Shown: positions 1 through 14,873, counted from the first letter of the stretch. The stretch is DNA of 64,000 nucleotides from Eledone cirrhosa (GCA_964016885.1 CAXHJY010000235.1:13404-77403), one strand, 5' to 3'. A program made the numbers and translations. Notes: generated by a model from the sequence alone, not told the origin.

Positions 1-903
1 CATGGCAGTGAGACCTGGGCATTGTGTGCAGAGGATATACGCAGACTAGAGAGGAACGAAGCTTGCATGCTCCGCTGGATGTGCAATAGTAATATACGTG
101 AACGGCAAAGCATAAACGAACTAAGGAAAAAATTAGAAATAAGAGGGATCAGATGTTGTTTACTCGAGAGAAGGCTACGTTGGTATGGACATGTGATGCG
201 CATGAAAGACGACAGCTGTATAACAAAGTGCAGGGCAATAAAGATAGACGGTAGCCACGGAGTAGGCAGACCCAGAAAAACATGGGACGAGCTGATAAAT
301 TCCGACCTCACACGCTTACACCTCTCCAAGACAATGTCACTGGACCGAGACCTTTGGCGGTACTCAGTAATAGAGAAGACCCGCCTTACCTAAATACAAA
401 GTAAAAACCTACTACAGTCAGTAGGCATCTCTATCAAAACACACCCCCGTCCCACCACCTCCACCCCACCCACACCGCCCCTTTCAATGTAAAGTTATGT
501 TGGCCCCACAACATCCAGGCCGAAACAAATGAGATCGTGTAGGTGTCACGACAAAAAACACACAGTCCACGCTGTAAATGTGGCCGTGTAGGCAACACGG
601 TAAAAACCTCCCAGCCCCACACTGTAAATGTGGTTGGTGTTAGGAAGGGCATCCAGCTGTAGAAAACCCGCCAGACAGTCCACGCTGTAATGTGGCCGTG
701 TAGGCAACACGGTAAAAACCTCCCAGCCCCACACTGTAAATGTGGTTGGTGTTAGGAAGGGCATCCAACTGTAGAAAACCCGCCAGACAGTCCTATGCGA
801 GCAAGACAACCACTCTTGCCTCAAGTGGGAAAACCCCCGTCCAAACCCATGCAAGCGTGGAACACGGACGCTAAACCTGATGATGATGATGATGATGATG
901 ATG
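1..903 (+). mobile_element. 3' end of RTE-clade LINE: C-terminal ORF fragment, 3' UTR and (GAT)n tail; runs off the window start
   Basis: ORF 22-393 (HGSETW..LERNEACMLRWMC..RRLRWYGHVMRM..GRPRKTW) is the typical RTE C-terminus. Closely matches the minus-strand element at 55005-55780. (GAT)n tail at ~879-903. Confidence 0.93.
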
Positions 904-1518
904 TGTGTATATATATATATGTGTGTATATATATATATGTGTGTATATATATATGTGTGTATATATATATATATGTGTGTATATATATGTGTGTATATAT
1001 ATATATGTGTGTATATAGATATATATGTGTATATATATATATGTGTGTATATAGATATATATGTGTGTATATATATATATGTGTGTATATATATATGTGT
1101 GTGTATATATATGTGTGTGTGTATATATATATGTGTGTGTGTATATATATATATGTGTGTATATATATATATGTGTGTATATATATATATGTGTGTATAT
1201 ATATATATATATGTGTGTATATATATATGTGTGTGTATATATATATGTGTGTGTATATATATGTGTGTGTATATATATATGTGTGTGTATATATATATGT
1301 GTGTATATATGTGTGTGTATATATATATGTGTGTGTGTATATATATATGTGTGTATATATATGTGTATATATATGTATATATGCGTGTATATATATGTAT
1401 ATATGCGTGTATATATATATATATATGTGTGTGTATATATATGTGTATATATATGTATATATATGTGTATGTATATATATATGTGTATTTATTCATATAT
1501 ATATATATATATATATAT
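902..1518. repeat. Compound (TG)n(TA)n microsatellite
   Basis: Direct reading; explains the YI/CV-repeat ORFs. Confidence 0.97.
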
Positions 1519-1992
1519 GGGCTTTAATCTTTCTATATATCATTTGTGTTGTTTTTATTGGTTGTTGTTGGTGGTGGTGGCAGTGGTGCTAGTGGTAGTG
1601 GTGCTAGTGATAGTGGTGATTGTGGTAGTGGGTTGTGGGTGGTAGTGATGGTCTAAACAGATAGCAAGCAGATCAATGACCAATATTCCCTGGTCTGATA
1701 AAGTAAGATGTGAAACAAAAGCCAAATTGATTGGTTGCATTTTTTCCTTTTTAACGCCAGCCTACTTATGCTGTTTCCTTGTCTTCTTGTATTCTTGATC
1801 TGCACAACTTTCTAATAGTCGTGTATTGCTGTATATATATATATTTTTATATGCATATATGCATGGTTTTTGTGTGTGTATGTGTATATTTTCCTTTCAT
1901 ATTCTAGATGTATACAACTTTCTAACAGCCATATATTTGTGAACATGTGTGTGGCTGTGTATATATATATGTGTGTATTTATGTATGTATGA

Positions 1993-2320
1993 TATCCAAT
2001 GATGTTGACTTGTTCTTCTTTTTGGTAAATATCATTTTGGTTAAGAGAGTGGGACTGGCTTTGTGCAGTGCTTTTGCTCACTATAAAAGCTTCACGGCAC
2101 AGGCATTGCTTTATATCTGGAGATCTCTCTGCACTTGTAGTCACATGGTACCATAGGCCCAGCACTATGTGTCAATAATTGTCACAAGTGTAGTGTTTGC
2201 ACCAGAGTTTTCAAGTCGCTGGCTGGACTAAAAAGCCACACTCGTTCAGCGCATCGGTAGGGGTTCTCCTACATGGATATAAAGTAGTGGCCGTACTCGA
2301 AAACGAGCTGGCAGCCACCA
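1993..2320 (+). mobile_element. 5'-truncated copy of the bipartite RTE-like element at 35029-35646
   Basis: Closely matches 35321-35646 (tatccaatgatgttgacttg...ggcagccacca) and ends in a TA/TATG tract like the other copy. Confidence 0.85.
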
Positions 2321-4472
<2,152 letters not shown>

Positions 4473-4729
4473 GTTTGTCTAGTGTGTTAGCATATGATTT
4501 TTAAAATTACACAATTTACTTGAATTATGTTTTCTACCTCACTGCCCTTTATAATGCTGACCAATTTAACTATGAAGATGATGTGGTAATATTGATGCTA
4601 GCAGCTGAATTGGTATGGTGCCAAACCATCAACCAAAAACTTTCCCAGAATCAGCAGCATTGCAGAGTTTCTCTAAATAGCAACACTTCACAATGGTTAG
4701 GTACATCTTACTGTAGAGAGATAAATGTG

Positions 4730-5310
4730 AAGGTTGTCACCTAGTTGTTAGTGTTGGACTCGTAAGCATACAGTCTTAGGTTGAATACTTCGACCTGGCA
4801 TCGTGTTGTGATCTTGAGCAAACCATTTCATTTCATGTGGATTTTCATAAGATACCTGAGAAACTTCCCATGGGATGTAGACTTATAATAGGCCAGCCAA
4901 ACCTGCATAGGTGTGCACTATAACATGATAGCATTGTGGGTCAATTACCATTAAAACACCTGAAAAACTCCCAATGAGATGCAACCTCATAGGAGACCAG
5001 CTTTATCTGCATGTGTAAGCTATAAGAACATGATAGGACTGAGGCTCTTATCATTAAAACAGCCTAAAAACTTCCTGAGATGCAACCTTGTGAGAGGCTG
5101 GGTTAACCTGCATAGGTGTGCACTGTAACATGAAAAACTGGGGATCTTATGAAAACACCTAAGAGACCTATAAGTTTTATCTTCACAAGAGCCGACCAAA
5201 CCTGCATGGGTGTGATCTCTAACATAAGACTGGGGTCCCTATCATTAAAATACCAGAAAAACCCATGATTGAACCTCATAGGAGGCCAACCAATCCCACT
5301 AATATGTGAA
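4730..5310 (+). mobile_element. tRNA-derived SINE family 2 with a tandemly amplified ~95-bp tail module (about 5 copies)
   Basis: Head cctagttgttagtgttggactc..ggttgaatac..tcttgagcaaacc; repeated module tatcattaaaacacc..gagatgcaacct..aaacctgcatagg. Confidence 0.65.
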
Positions 5311-5359
5311 CTGTAACCTTTTTTATTTATCTATACAGTGTATATAACTATCCACTGTA

Positions 5360-5372
5360 GTGTGTGCATATA

Positions 5373-5425
<53 letters not shown>

Positions 5426-5625
5426 TGTGTGTGTATACGTGTGTGTGTGTGTATATGTGTGTGTATACGTGTGTGTGTGTGTATATGTGTGTGTATACGT
5501 GTGTGTGTGTGTATATGTGTGTGTGTATACATGTGTGTGTGTCTGTATATATGTGTGTGTATATGCATATATATATGTGTGCGTATGTGTGTGTATATAT
5601 ATATAGAAAGAGAGAGAGATATAGA
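5360..5625. repeat. (TA)n/(TG)n compound microsatellite
   Basis: Direct reading. Confidence 0.95.
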
Positions 5626-7399
5626 TAGGAGTGTTATGTAAATTTATATTAGTCGGACAAGGTCATTCCAGAAACTACGAAGTTTAATTACTCTGTGTAA
5701 TTAAATAGCTGGGAGAACTAACTAATCTATAGAAAATTAGTGCTTATTGCTTGTTAGTCTTATTATGTTAGGCAGTGAATTGGTAGATTTATATTAGATT
5801 GTAGGCCTTGCAGCTTTCTGTGCTCAGTATGAGTGGCCAGATACAGCCAGTTTGAACAGAAAGAGGTGAGAGAATTCTGACGGGATACGGCCAGTTTAAA
5901 TGCTAAAGGCTTAATCTGAACCACATATCTCTCAAATGGGCCAGGGTATTATTCCTGTATTTTACAGAGTTCACTGTACATTTTATCATGTCACCAGCAC
6001 TAGGGAGGCTGTCATATCCTTGGCACAAGTGATGAGTTCTCTTCCCTTTGTTTCACAAGGTTTCTCTGACTTGATGCTCTTCCTTAACCAGCCATTTTAC
6101 AGTCTACTTAGTGAAATTTATTGTCACTGACACTAGAGGTTGCCATACTCTTGACAGTAAAAAGTCCTCATGACCAGTTGTTTTGGCATGGTTTCTACAG
6201 CTGGATGCCCTTCCAATCACCAACCACTTTACATGGTGTACTGGGTTCATTTTTCGTTTAAAGGCATTTTCCCTGCTAAAGCAAGTGATTGCCCCTGGGT
6301 GTCCTATAACAGGCTTCATACTCATCATGGGGTCCTTTCTGAGGCAATGTTTTATGGCTGAATGCCCTTCCTGGCAGCAACTCTTATAGACACATCATGC
6401 GATTGCAGTAATATGGTATATCTATTCTTAACCAGGTGTGCACAGCTTTGTGTGTGTGTTCAATAGTAATTAGTCAATGAATGTATGTAGGAGTTATAAC
6501 CAAACTAGTGTGGTGTGACTCAGTTGTTAAACAGCTGTCTACACAGCCTATAACAGGTGCCTGATACCAAAGCATGACCTATAAGATTAACCATAGTCAC
6601 ATTTCCTCAGATCAATAGGGACTAAAAATATTTGGTTATGGTGTGCTGTGGTGTGGTATGATGTGTATTATATAAACCTAATGACGTAAATACAATTTTT
6701 GCATTTTAGATTTCACAGGAGATGCACACTAAATATCACAACAAATTTGGTATTAACTGTGTAGTTGCCTTTTGTTTATTCACACATATGTAAAGGACAG
6801 GTAGTATTGGTCTGGTTTTAAGAGCCACTGCAAAACTAAAAATAATAATTTTATAAAAAGCAAACATTTTTGTACAATTTTTGGATAAATGCCAATTGCC
6901 ATTTTCCAAAAACAGCTATTATTCTAAGACAAGAGGAAATCAACTTAACAAAAATCTCCCCTGCATTATATATATATATATATATGTATGTATGTGTATG
7001 TATATATGTATGTGTAAGTATATGTATGTATATATATTGTTTTTAACTAGGAAACTAATATGTTCAGTTGACTGTATTGTGATAATTGTTGTCTGCACTT
7101 AGCTTCAATAGGTTTGGCATTCTGTTAATATAAATTGTTGATCCATCCCATAGTGATAGTGATGGTTGTGATGGTTACATAATGTTGTGTGTATGATGAT
7201 ACTGTATTGCATGGATTTTGTTTTAAATCCTTGAGTGCAGCTTAGAATGTACCCCCATTGAACTTAGCTGGTTGCTATAGTAATAAGAATCACTTTGTCC
7301 AGCAAGATGTTTTTTTCTGCATCACCATAAAACTTCTCTTGTTGAGTTGTATTTCTCCTTATCTTACACAACCAATATACAGTTACATAACTATGGTCG

Positions 7400-7585
7400 T
7401 ATGCTATCACACATCAGTTTGGGGGAGAGAGGAAAGTCAATTAAATCATACCTAGTGCATTACTGGTACTTTATTTTTATCGACTCTGTAAGAGTGAAAA
7501 GCAAAACTAACCCCAGCGAGATTTGAACTCAGAACATAAAGGGATGTAACTCAACGTCACAAAGCATGTTGGACAACATGCTTCA
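7400..7585 (-). mobile_element. tRNA-derived SINE family 1, older copy
   Basis: Reverse complement of the B box (gatttgaactc) and body (gcattactggtactttatttt..cgac..gaaaagcaaa). Confidence 0.8.
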
Positions 7586-7779
7586 TGGCATAGTTAGATC
7601 CCTTAATCATGGAAAGGTTATTTACTAAATTCCTCTAAATTTTTGTTTATTTTCAAAATTAATTGCAACACATTAAATGTATTTCATTAGAAATATGGAA
7701 ACAAATGGCCTTGTGGGCCTCATAATTGACTTCATACACATTATGGAGTTGTTTTTTTGTTTTTTGAGGCAGTGTTTTT

Positions 7780-8210
7780 TGCATATATGGGACTGGCAAT
7801 CCATTGTGGATCTCACTAGGGCTTTGTAGAGAGTTGGTAGTTGTTGAGATCTGCAGTATTTTCTGATCCTGAAGAGTAAAGTCAGTCTTTGTACTGCAGT
7901 TATTGGGTGTGCTTGAATATGCAAGTTCACCAAGAGTGATACTTCAATGATGAAGCAATCTAATATTTATAGCATCTTTGAAGAATCTAATTGTATGCTG
8001 TTCATGTTTAGGGACGGTGTGTGATGTTTTGTTCATATGTGTAGTGTCTTTGGACACAAGAATGACATAGTAAAATTAAACTGCCCTTAACTCGCAATGG
8101 AGTCGTGGGAGCTCTGTCATGATGCACGATGTGGTTCAGACATTTTAAATCTAGTGGAGCCTATCCTCCTTCAGATTATAACACAGCTGATTTCTTCCAA
8201 AGTGAGACAG
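7780..8210 (-). mobile_element. Decayed CR1/Jockey-group LINE fragment (post-RT region)
   Basis: ORF 7673-7933 contains RLTLLFRIRKYCRSQQLPTLYKALVRSTMDCQSHI, resembling the L..LYK..VRP.MEY.S.IW motif of these LINEs. A related short stretch (gatttcttcca.agtgaga.ag) lies at ~24330-24360. Confidence 0.55.
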
Positions 8211-9039
8211 AATCAATCCCAGTCCATGGCTGGTACTTTATTTATTGATCTCAAAAGGATTTGACTTCAACAGGATTTGAACTCATTGCACAGTGAGCCA
8301 GAACAAATACCGAGGTGCCATCACAACTCTGCGAATTTGCCACCCAAAGAATGACATGGATAGAATACAACAGTATGTAATAGGATACTCATCAGACTTT
8401 TCAGTTGCTCATTATATATTGTATCACTGTACAAATCAAACGGCTGCAGTCACACTTTTTTATATTATCTTGCTAAAAATGGTTTTTATTAAATTTTCTA
8501 TACAATCTCATTAAGGAAGTCCATTGAAAAGTCTAAAGAGTTGTACAAGAGGATTTGTTATCTAAATGACAACTTCAGTCCTTAATTTAGATTTCAACAT
8601 AATAGATAAATTTAGCACAGGCTGGTATCAAAAGGATTAAATTTTTTAAATTTAACTACTACAGTAAAGATTATCACAAGCCAAAGAGGGAGAGACTCTA
8701 TCTGGTTGGTAAAAGCAGCATTCAATTCACTATTAAATCACATCCTACTATCTTTTAAAAACAGATGGAGGAAGGGGGGCACATCAGATAATATAATTCC
8801 ATGTACCCTCTGATTCTCTAACTCTTAGTGGTGCTCATCAGTCTCCAAGTCTGAGACCAGCCAATTTCTTCCAGAGAAAGTGAGAGAGAGAAACAAAGCA
8901 ACAGAAAATTTACCCTAAAAGGATGAAAGGCAAAGTTAATCTTGGTAAGAGTTGAACTTGGAGTGCAGAGAGCTGGAATGATGTGTAACACTTAATCAAC
9001 TAAACCCCCTTCCATACCCCCCCCCCCACACACACACAC

Positions 9040-9335
9040 AGCTACACCACCCTCCCACTTCTGCCCACACTACCCTTACACTCTAAAGTTATGTTGGTAT
9101 CACAAAAACATCAGCCCACACTGTAAAGTGGTCTTGTAGGTGTCACAACCAAAAGCACCCAGCACACACTGTAAATGTGATTGACATTAGAAAGAGCATC
9201 CAGCCGTAGAAATCTAGCCAGAAACAGTCCTATATGAGCAAGACAGTCACATGACCCAACTTGCCTCTAATGTGATAAACCCATCTAACCCATGCTAGTG
9301 TGGAAAATAGATGTTAAACGATGATGATGGTGATG
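9040..9335 (+). mobile_element. Decayed RTE LINE 3' UTR with (GAT)n tail
   Basis: cccacactgtaaagtgg..gcatccagccgtagaaa..cccatgctagtgtggaaaat..taaacgatgatgatg, similar to 22100-22390. Confidence 0.8.
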
Positions 9336-10367
9336 AGTCCATCTGAATCTCCTCCGTGTTCACTTTCTCTCTCTCTCTCTCCACACAAACAATTCAGAAT
9401 ATATATATTGATATTTATTTTCTAAGCTAGCTTCGACAAGGTTTTATGTCTATGACATGTACGATTTAATAACATTTACAGCCTGGACTATATGAACAAT
9501 TAAGTCATCAATTGATTGTTTACTACTTAGTAATGTTTGCTACAATCTTACTTCAGTCAATCCAACTAAAGTCATTATTGGTGTCAAGCCATATTCTCTT
9601 GTTTATCCTTTCAATATTACATTTGACATTCATTTTTATCAATTTTTTCTCAGCTGTCATAAATAACTTAAAAAGGAATCTCAGAGAAACCAACTGCTTT
9701 AGTGTTCAACTAATAATTTAAGTACACAGCTTAACTATGTTCATTTTTCATTTGGTTTCAAGATGCATATCAATGGAAAAAAAAAAAAAATCAATGATCA
9801 AAGAGTTATCTTTCCTGACTATTTGAATGAATGCTCATGAGTTAGTTGTCCATATTATTGGTTCTTGATAGGGCAATTGATTGGCAGAATCATTAGAGCA
9901 TCAGACAAAAATGTCTTTGCAGTATTTGTGCTGGCTCTTTACATTCTGAATTCATAGGACAACTTTGCCTTTTATCCATCCAAGGTTAAAATAAAGTTAT
10001 AGTTAAACACTGGGGTTGATATAATCAACTTTTCCTTGTGCCTAAATTGGAAATTCTTGATGGAAATGTTAGAGCATTCAGCTGTAGAAACCATGTAAGC
10101 AAGTGATCCCTGTCTTGTTTAGGTGGACAGTAGCACTAATAAAGTACTGATTTGGTCTGTCACAATGCATCTAACACTTGCTAGTATATGAAACGAACAT
10201 AAAATGATGTCTGGTTGTGACAATAAAGATGAGCAGGGTAGATTAATTTCTTGATCTTGGCAGTCTTGGTTTCTTGGAATAGTTGTAGGTGAGGCTAGTT
10301 AAATGGAGCTATCCATTACTCAGCTATTTTCAAGTGGATGTATTTTATTGAAACCAAAGTAAATGTG

Positions 10368-10604
10368 TTAACCCTTTTGATATCAACCCACCCAAAATTG
10401 CCTCAGTTTGTATAGTGCAAAACCATCTATTTCAAAGAGTTCCTACTTAAATTAAAACCTAACATTGATATAAGACCCTTTGTGTTATTTTAGAAAGACT
10501 TAATATTGAAATAATTAAAATTTTAGTAAATCCTTCTTGATTCTTGATTAATAATTAATTCAAATACAGTGTATTTGATTTAAAATGCCATAACAAATGG
10601 GTTA
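10368..10604. mobile_element. piggyBac-like MITE, family B
   Basis: Termini ttaacccttttg ... caaatgggttaa. Related sequences at ~33260-33550, 45840-46050, 53100-53582 and 62187-62403. Confidence 0.6.
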
Positions 10605-11324
10605 AAAGTTTGCTGTTATCTAGTTCCATGTTAACTCTAGTTCATGAAACCTATGGTCAAAAGCATTCCAGTTATAACCATCCCATCTATTTGTATATAT
10701 CTATGATGCTGTTGTTTAACATCTACTTTCCTTTCTTATATGCCAGTAGTCTGAGTTGACCAAGACATGGTTATTACTTCTAGAAGGTCAAGCAATCACA
10801 TAGTGCTTGTGTTTCTTCGATGGTGTCTGAATGTTTGTGACTGTTTAGCTATGTAATTACAGGAGTCAAGTGGGTTTCAAGAAAGCATAACCTTTGTCCC
10901 CTTGCATATACAAGTGGTCTTTTGATAGTTTTGTTTAATATTGTTTCTTTATTTAGATAGTTACCATTGTTTAACCCCAGGTCAACCCTGTTTGAGTAAA
11001 CCTATGATGAATAGTATTCCAGTCATGGACACTGTCTTTTTCTATATACACGGAACCTAGGACTACATTATCTCACGTGTCCTTTTCTTCTTTTTTTTTC
11101 AAAATGGTAGAATGTGAGATGAGAATTAGGCTGCTATTTCTAGCAGGTCGAGCAACTATCTAGAAGCTCCCTTGTTGTATTATATGGTGTATGAGTGTGG
11201 TGTGTGTGCGTGAGTGTACTTTCTATTGATGTTTTTAAAATTTAAGTGTGATGCTTGTATAAAATTTTGTAGGTCATCAGTAAATGACCAACTAGTTTTA
11301 ACATGGTTCAACTGACCAAACTAA

Positions 11325-11495
11325 ACCTACACAACAAAAAAAAGCATGACAACACCACCACCACCAACAACAACAAAAAGCATGACAAAACCAATGCCAC
11401 CAACAACAAAAAGCCTGACAACACCACCACCAACAACAAAAAGCCTGACAAAACCACTGCCACCAACAACTGCAACAAAATGCATGACACCATGC
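11325..11495. repeat. ~33-36-bp minisatellite (caacaacaaaaagc[a/c]tgacaa..ccac), about 5 copies
   Basis: Direct reading. Confidence 0.85.
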
Positions 11496-11707
11496 TTGCT
11501 GTAGGTTTTAAAAGAAAAAGAATAAAAATATTGACCTATACACTGAGTTTACCTTGATGTCCACACCGCCACAACAGCTGTATCCACTTGGCTACTTTGA
11601 TACACTCAACCTTCATCATCATTATCACCAAACTACTGTAGTGGACAACCACAATCCTCCTCTTCACCTATTACAGCTTTCGGGGTGTAGGAATAGGGCC
11701 CCTATCA

Positions 11708-11954
11708 TTAACCCTTTAGCATTTACATTACTCTATATTTACTATTGTATTTTTGCGATAAAGGCTTTATCTTGCATAATTATCTCCCATAATATCGAAT
11801 CTATAAAATTTTGATATTTATTTTATTTTGATATTTATTTTATTTTGAGAACAATACTTTAATATTGGATGAGCAGTCGGTTACGGCCAGTTAGGGCAGA
11901 AACAGGTGAGAGAATTTTGGCTGGATACTGCCTGTTTAAATGCTCAAGGGTTAA
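11708..11954. mobile_element. piggyBac-like MITE, family A, inserted in a SINE-2 tail
   Basis: TIRs CCCTTTAGCATTTA / TAAATGCTCAAGGG flanked by TTAA on both sides. Removing it restores the SINE-2 tail cccctatcaTTAAatc..gaaaactcctatgagatgcaacc. Confidence 0.85.
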
Positions 11955-12521
11955 ATCGCCCAAGAAAACTCCTATGAGATGCAACCTTGAAGGAGGCTGA
12001 ATAAACTTTCTGGCTCACTGTGCTCTGAGTTCAAATCCTACTGAAGTCAACTTTCTTTCATCCATTCCAGATTCATAAAGTACACCACTTAAGTACTGGA
12101 GTTGATTCTTACCCCCCCCCCCCCCCCCCCCCCCTCCCCCATCTTCTTTCTCTCTTTCTCTCTTTCTCTCTCTCTCTCTTTCTCTCTCCCTCTCCCTCCT
12201 CCTCTCTCTCCTCCTCTCTCTCTGAAATTGGCTGTCAGATCTGGAGAATGATGGGTCTGCCAAGTTTCATTACCCAAGACATGCCATATATCACGATGGT
12301 GCTCCTACAACTCTGTAACCATCTGAATTTGCTTGTTTCATTTAATATTTATTCAAATTCACTTTCAAATTTCTCTTACATTTCATTCAGCTGTAATATT
12401 TTGCTAATATTTTTGTTTCATTTAGCATCATCAGTAGGAATTTATTAGGATTCATTAAATTCATGTTACAATTATTAAAATATTTTATTAAAACTAATTT
12501 TCTTCATTTTTCTCTTTCCAG

Positions 12522-12595
12522 AACCACACAAATAGCAATCAGTGCATTTTTGGATACCTTTCAGAAGGTTGCTGACATGGCCACTGGCTCTCGAG
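12522..12595 (+). CDS. MTSS1: Internal coding exon of an MTSS1/MIM (missing in metastasis)-like I-BAR (IMD) domain protein
   Basis: Acceptor tcttcatttttctctttccag|A and donor GAG|gtaatt. The 74 nt read (phase 2 start, phase 1 end) as TTQIAISAFLDTFQKVADMATGSR(G), matching human MTSS1 TTVVAAAAFLDAFQKVADMATNTRG as I recall it. MTSS1 versus MTSS2 orthology cannot be resolved from one exon. Confidence 0.92.
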
Positions 12596-12699
12596 GTAAT
12601 TGATTTTATATATTCAGTTTTTGTTTCTAACTACAGAAAAATACAGAAAATACATGTTTATATTTCTTCAAAAGGGTTAACACAAACATACTTCTCCTC

Positions 12700-13250
12700 C
12701 ACCCAATTTTTTTTCCCCATTTCTTTGTTTTCTCACTCTCTAATCTATCTCCATTTATTCCCCTTTCTTTTGATGGACTAGTGTCCGAAACGTTAAGTCT
12801 CTTTTCCTATTATTTCAAGCATTAAACTAATGTATTTTTTCGCTTTGTTGTTTTCTGTTTACTTTTAGCATGCATACAATATTACCCGGATTTCTGAATT
12901 TTTTTTTTTATCTGTTCACCACACTAATAATCTTCTGCGACCTTCTCCCTCCTGTTCCTTTTACTATTGTACTCTCTGGATGAAAGACTAATGTCCGATA
13001 CGCCATACTTTTTTCTCTTTCATCCAAAGTGTGAAACTAGTAAGGCTAATTGTTTTTTGTATCTCTGTGTTTAGATTTTTTATTATACACACATAAACCA
13101 TTCTATTTCTTCTTTAATTTCTCATTCTATTTTCTGATGGACTAGTATCCGAAACGTTAAGATTCTTTTCCTACTATATCAAGCATAAAACTAATAATAT
13201 ATTTCTTCATTGTACTGTGTAGTTTATTTTGTTATTTCTATTTGCCTTTT
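12700..13250 (+). mobile_element. Three tandem degenerate ~160-200-bp units, probably Penelope-like terminal repeats
   Basis: Repeated tgatggactagt.tccgaaacgttaag..cttttcct...caagcat.aaactaat at ~12770 and ~13134, with a more diverged unit at ~12975. Hammerhead-like core remnants. Confidence 0.5.
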
Positions 13251-13308
13251 GCATATATATATATATATATCATCGTTTAACGTCCATCTTCGATGATGAT
13301 ATATATAT

Positions 13309-13685
13309 ATCATCATCATCGTTTAACGTCCATCTTCCACGCTTGCATGGGTTTGGACGGGAGTTTTCCCACTTGAGGCAAGATTGGTTGTCCTGCTCGT
13401 ATAGGACTGTCTGGCGAGTTTTCTACGGCTGGATGGCCTTCCCAACGCCAACCACATTTACAGTGTGTACTGGGAGGTTTTTACCGTGTTACCTACACAG
13501 CCACATTACAGCGTGGACTGTGTTTTTTGTCGTGACACCTACACGACCTCATTTGTTTCGGACTGGATGTTGTGGTACCAACATAACTTCACATTTAAGG
13601 GGGTGGTGTGGATGGGGTGGGGGTAGTGGGACGGGGGTGTATTTTGTTAGAGGTGCCTACTGACTGTAGGTTTCGCTTTGTACTT
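13309..13685 (-). mobile_element. RTE LINE 3' UTR-only insertion
   Basis: Near-identical to 55005-55385; (ATC)n is the reverse complement of the (GAT)n tail. Confidence 0.92.
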
Positions 13686-13771
13686 ATATATATATATATA
13701 TATTATATATACTTATAAATATATATATATATATATATACTTGTAAAGTTTTTTCTCATGGCAAAAAGAAA

Positions 13772-13940
13772 TAATTGTCTCTACTTTAGGCACAAGGCCA
13801 GCAATTACCCAGTGCATTACTGGTACTTTATTTTATCAACCCTGTAAGGATGAAAGCAAAGTCAACCTCGGCGGGATTTGAACTCAGATCGTAAAGGGAC
13901 GTAACTATGCTGGAAAGCATGGCGTCCGACCCTCTACTGG
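13772..13940 (-). mobile_element. tRNA-derived SINE family 1, young copy
   Basis: Reverse complement of 50325-50510. ggcaaaaagaaataat occurs on both sides (~13760 and ~13939), consistent with a target-site duplication. Confidence 0.9.
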
Positions 13941-14264
13941 CAAAAAGAAATAATGAAAAGAAATAATAAGAGAATAAAAAGAAAAAATAGCAATCTGGGG
14001 ACACCAGTAGTTTCAGAGGCTAAATATATAATTGTGTGTCTGTTTACATAAATATTGGTGCAACCTCCTTTAAGTACTGTACTGTTTCTGGATAGATACA
14101 TTATCTATCCAGGAACAGTAGAGTGCTTTCAGGTGGTTTGGTATCAAAATGGTTAAAGTAACTTTAGAAACCTTTCTTTCGACATATTTGCTGCTTGTTA
14201 TGGTAACAAGCATTTAACCTGGTTTTTCTAGCTAATCTTTTCCTTGTTATTTTAATTTATCAAA

Positions 14265-14510
14265 ATCACCACCAACATCATCATTGTCGCCATCATTATC
14301 ACCACCACCACTGCCACCATTACAACTATCACCATCATCACTGCCATTATTACCACCACTATTACCATCACCACCACTGCCACCATTACAACTATTACCA
14401 CCACCACCACCACCACCATTATGACATCACTGCCATTATTACCACCACTATTACCATCATCACCACTGTCACCATCATCACTGCCATTTTTACCATCACC
14501 ACCAACATCA
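14265..14510. repeat. Degenerate (CAC/CAT)n low-complexity tract
   Basis: Direct reading. Confidence 0.85.
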
Positions 14511-14873
14511 TGGGATTTAGTTTAAATTCAGTTGAGATTGAGTGAGTCAGAGCAATTTGTCTTGAAAGAGACAAAAGGAGCTGAGACAATTCTGGAGGTT
14601 CTTGACCATTTGCCAAACTTTTTACTTTTTGGTTTTTGTTAAAAAAGACTTTAAAAGTTGGTGTTTATTCTTGGACCACAATAAATTAGCAGACACTTGT
14701 TTGTCATCATTTAATGATTAAAATGTCTAGGATTATTCCAAGGATAAATTAATTAAAAGCTCATTGGGTGTGCTGTCTTTTCAACTTTGGTCATTTGGTG
14801 TTTTTTTTTTTTTTTTCTTTTTTTGCAGTGTGAGAATTTCATAGAATATTATTGTATCATTAAATGTATGAAT

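Noticed and set aside
14800-14860. Strong polypyrimidine + CAG as the next MTSS1 exon (also ~6710, 23732, 29157, 34503, 45632)
   Set aside because: Downstream sequence shows no IMD-like peptide that I could recognise; non-coding or micro-exons cannot be excluded.
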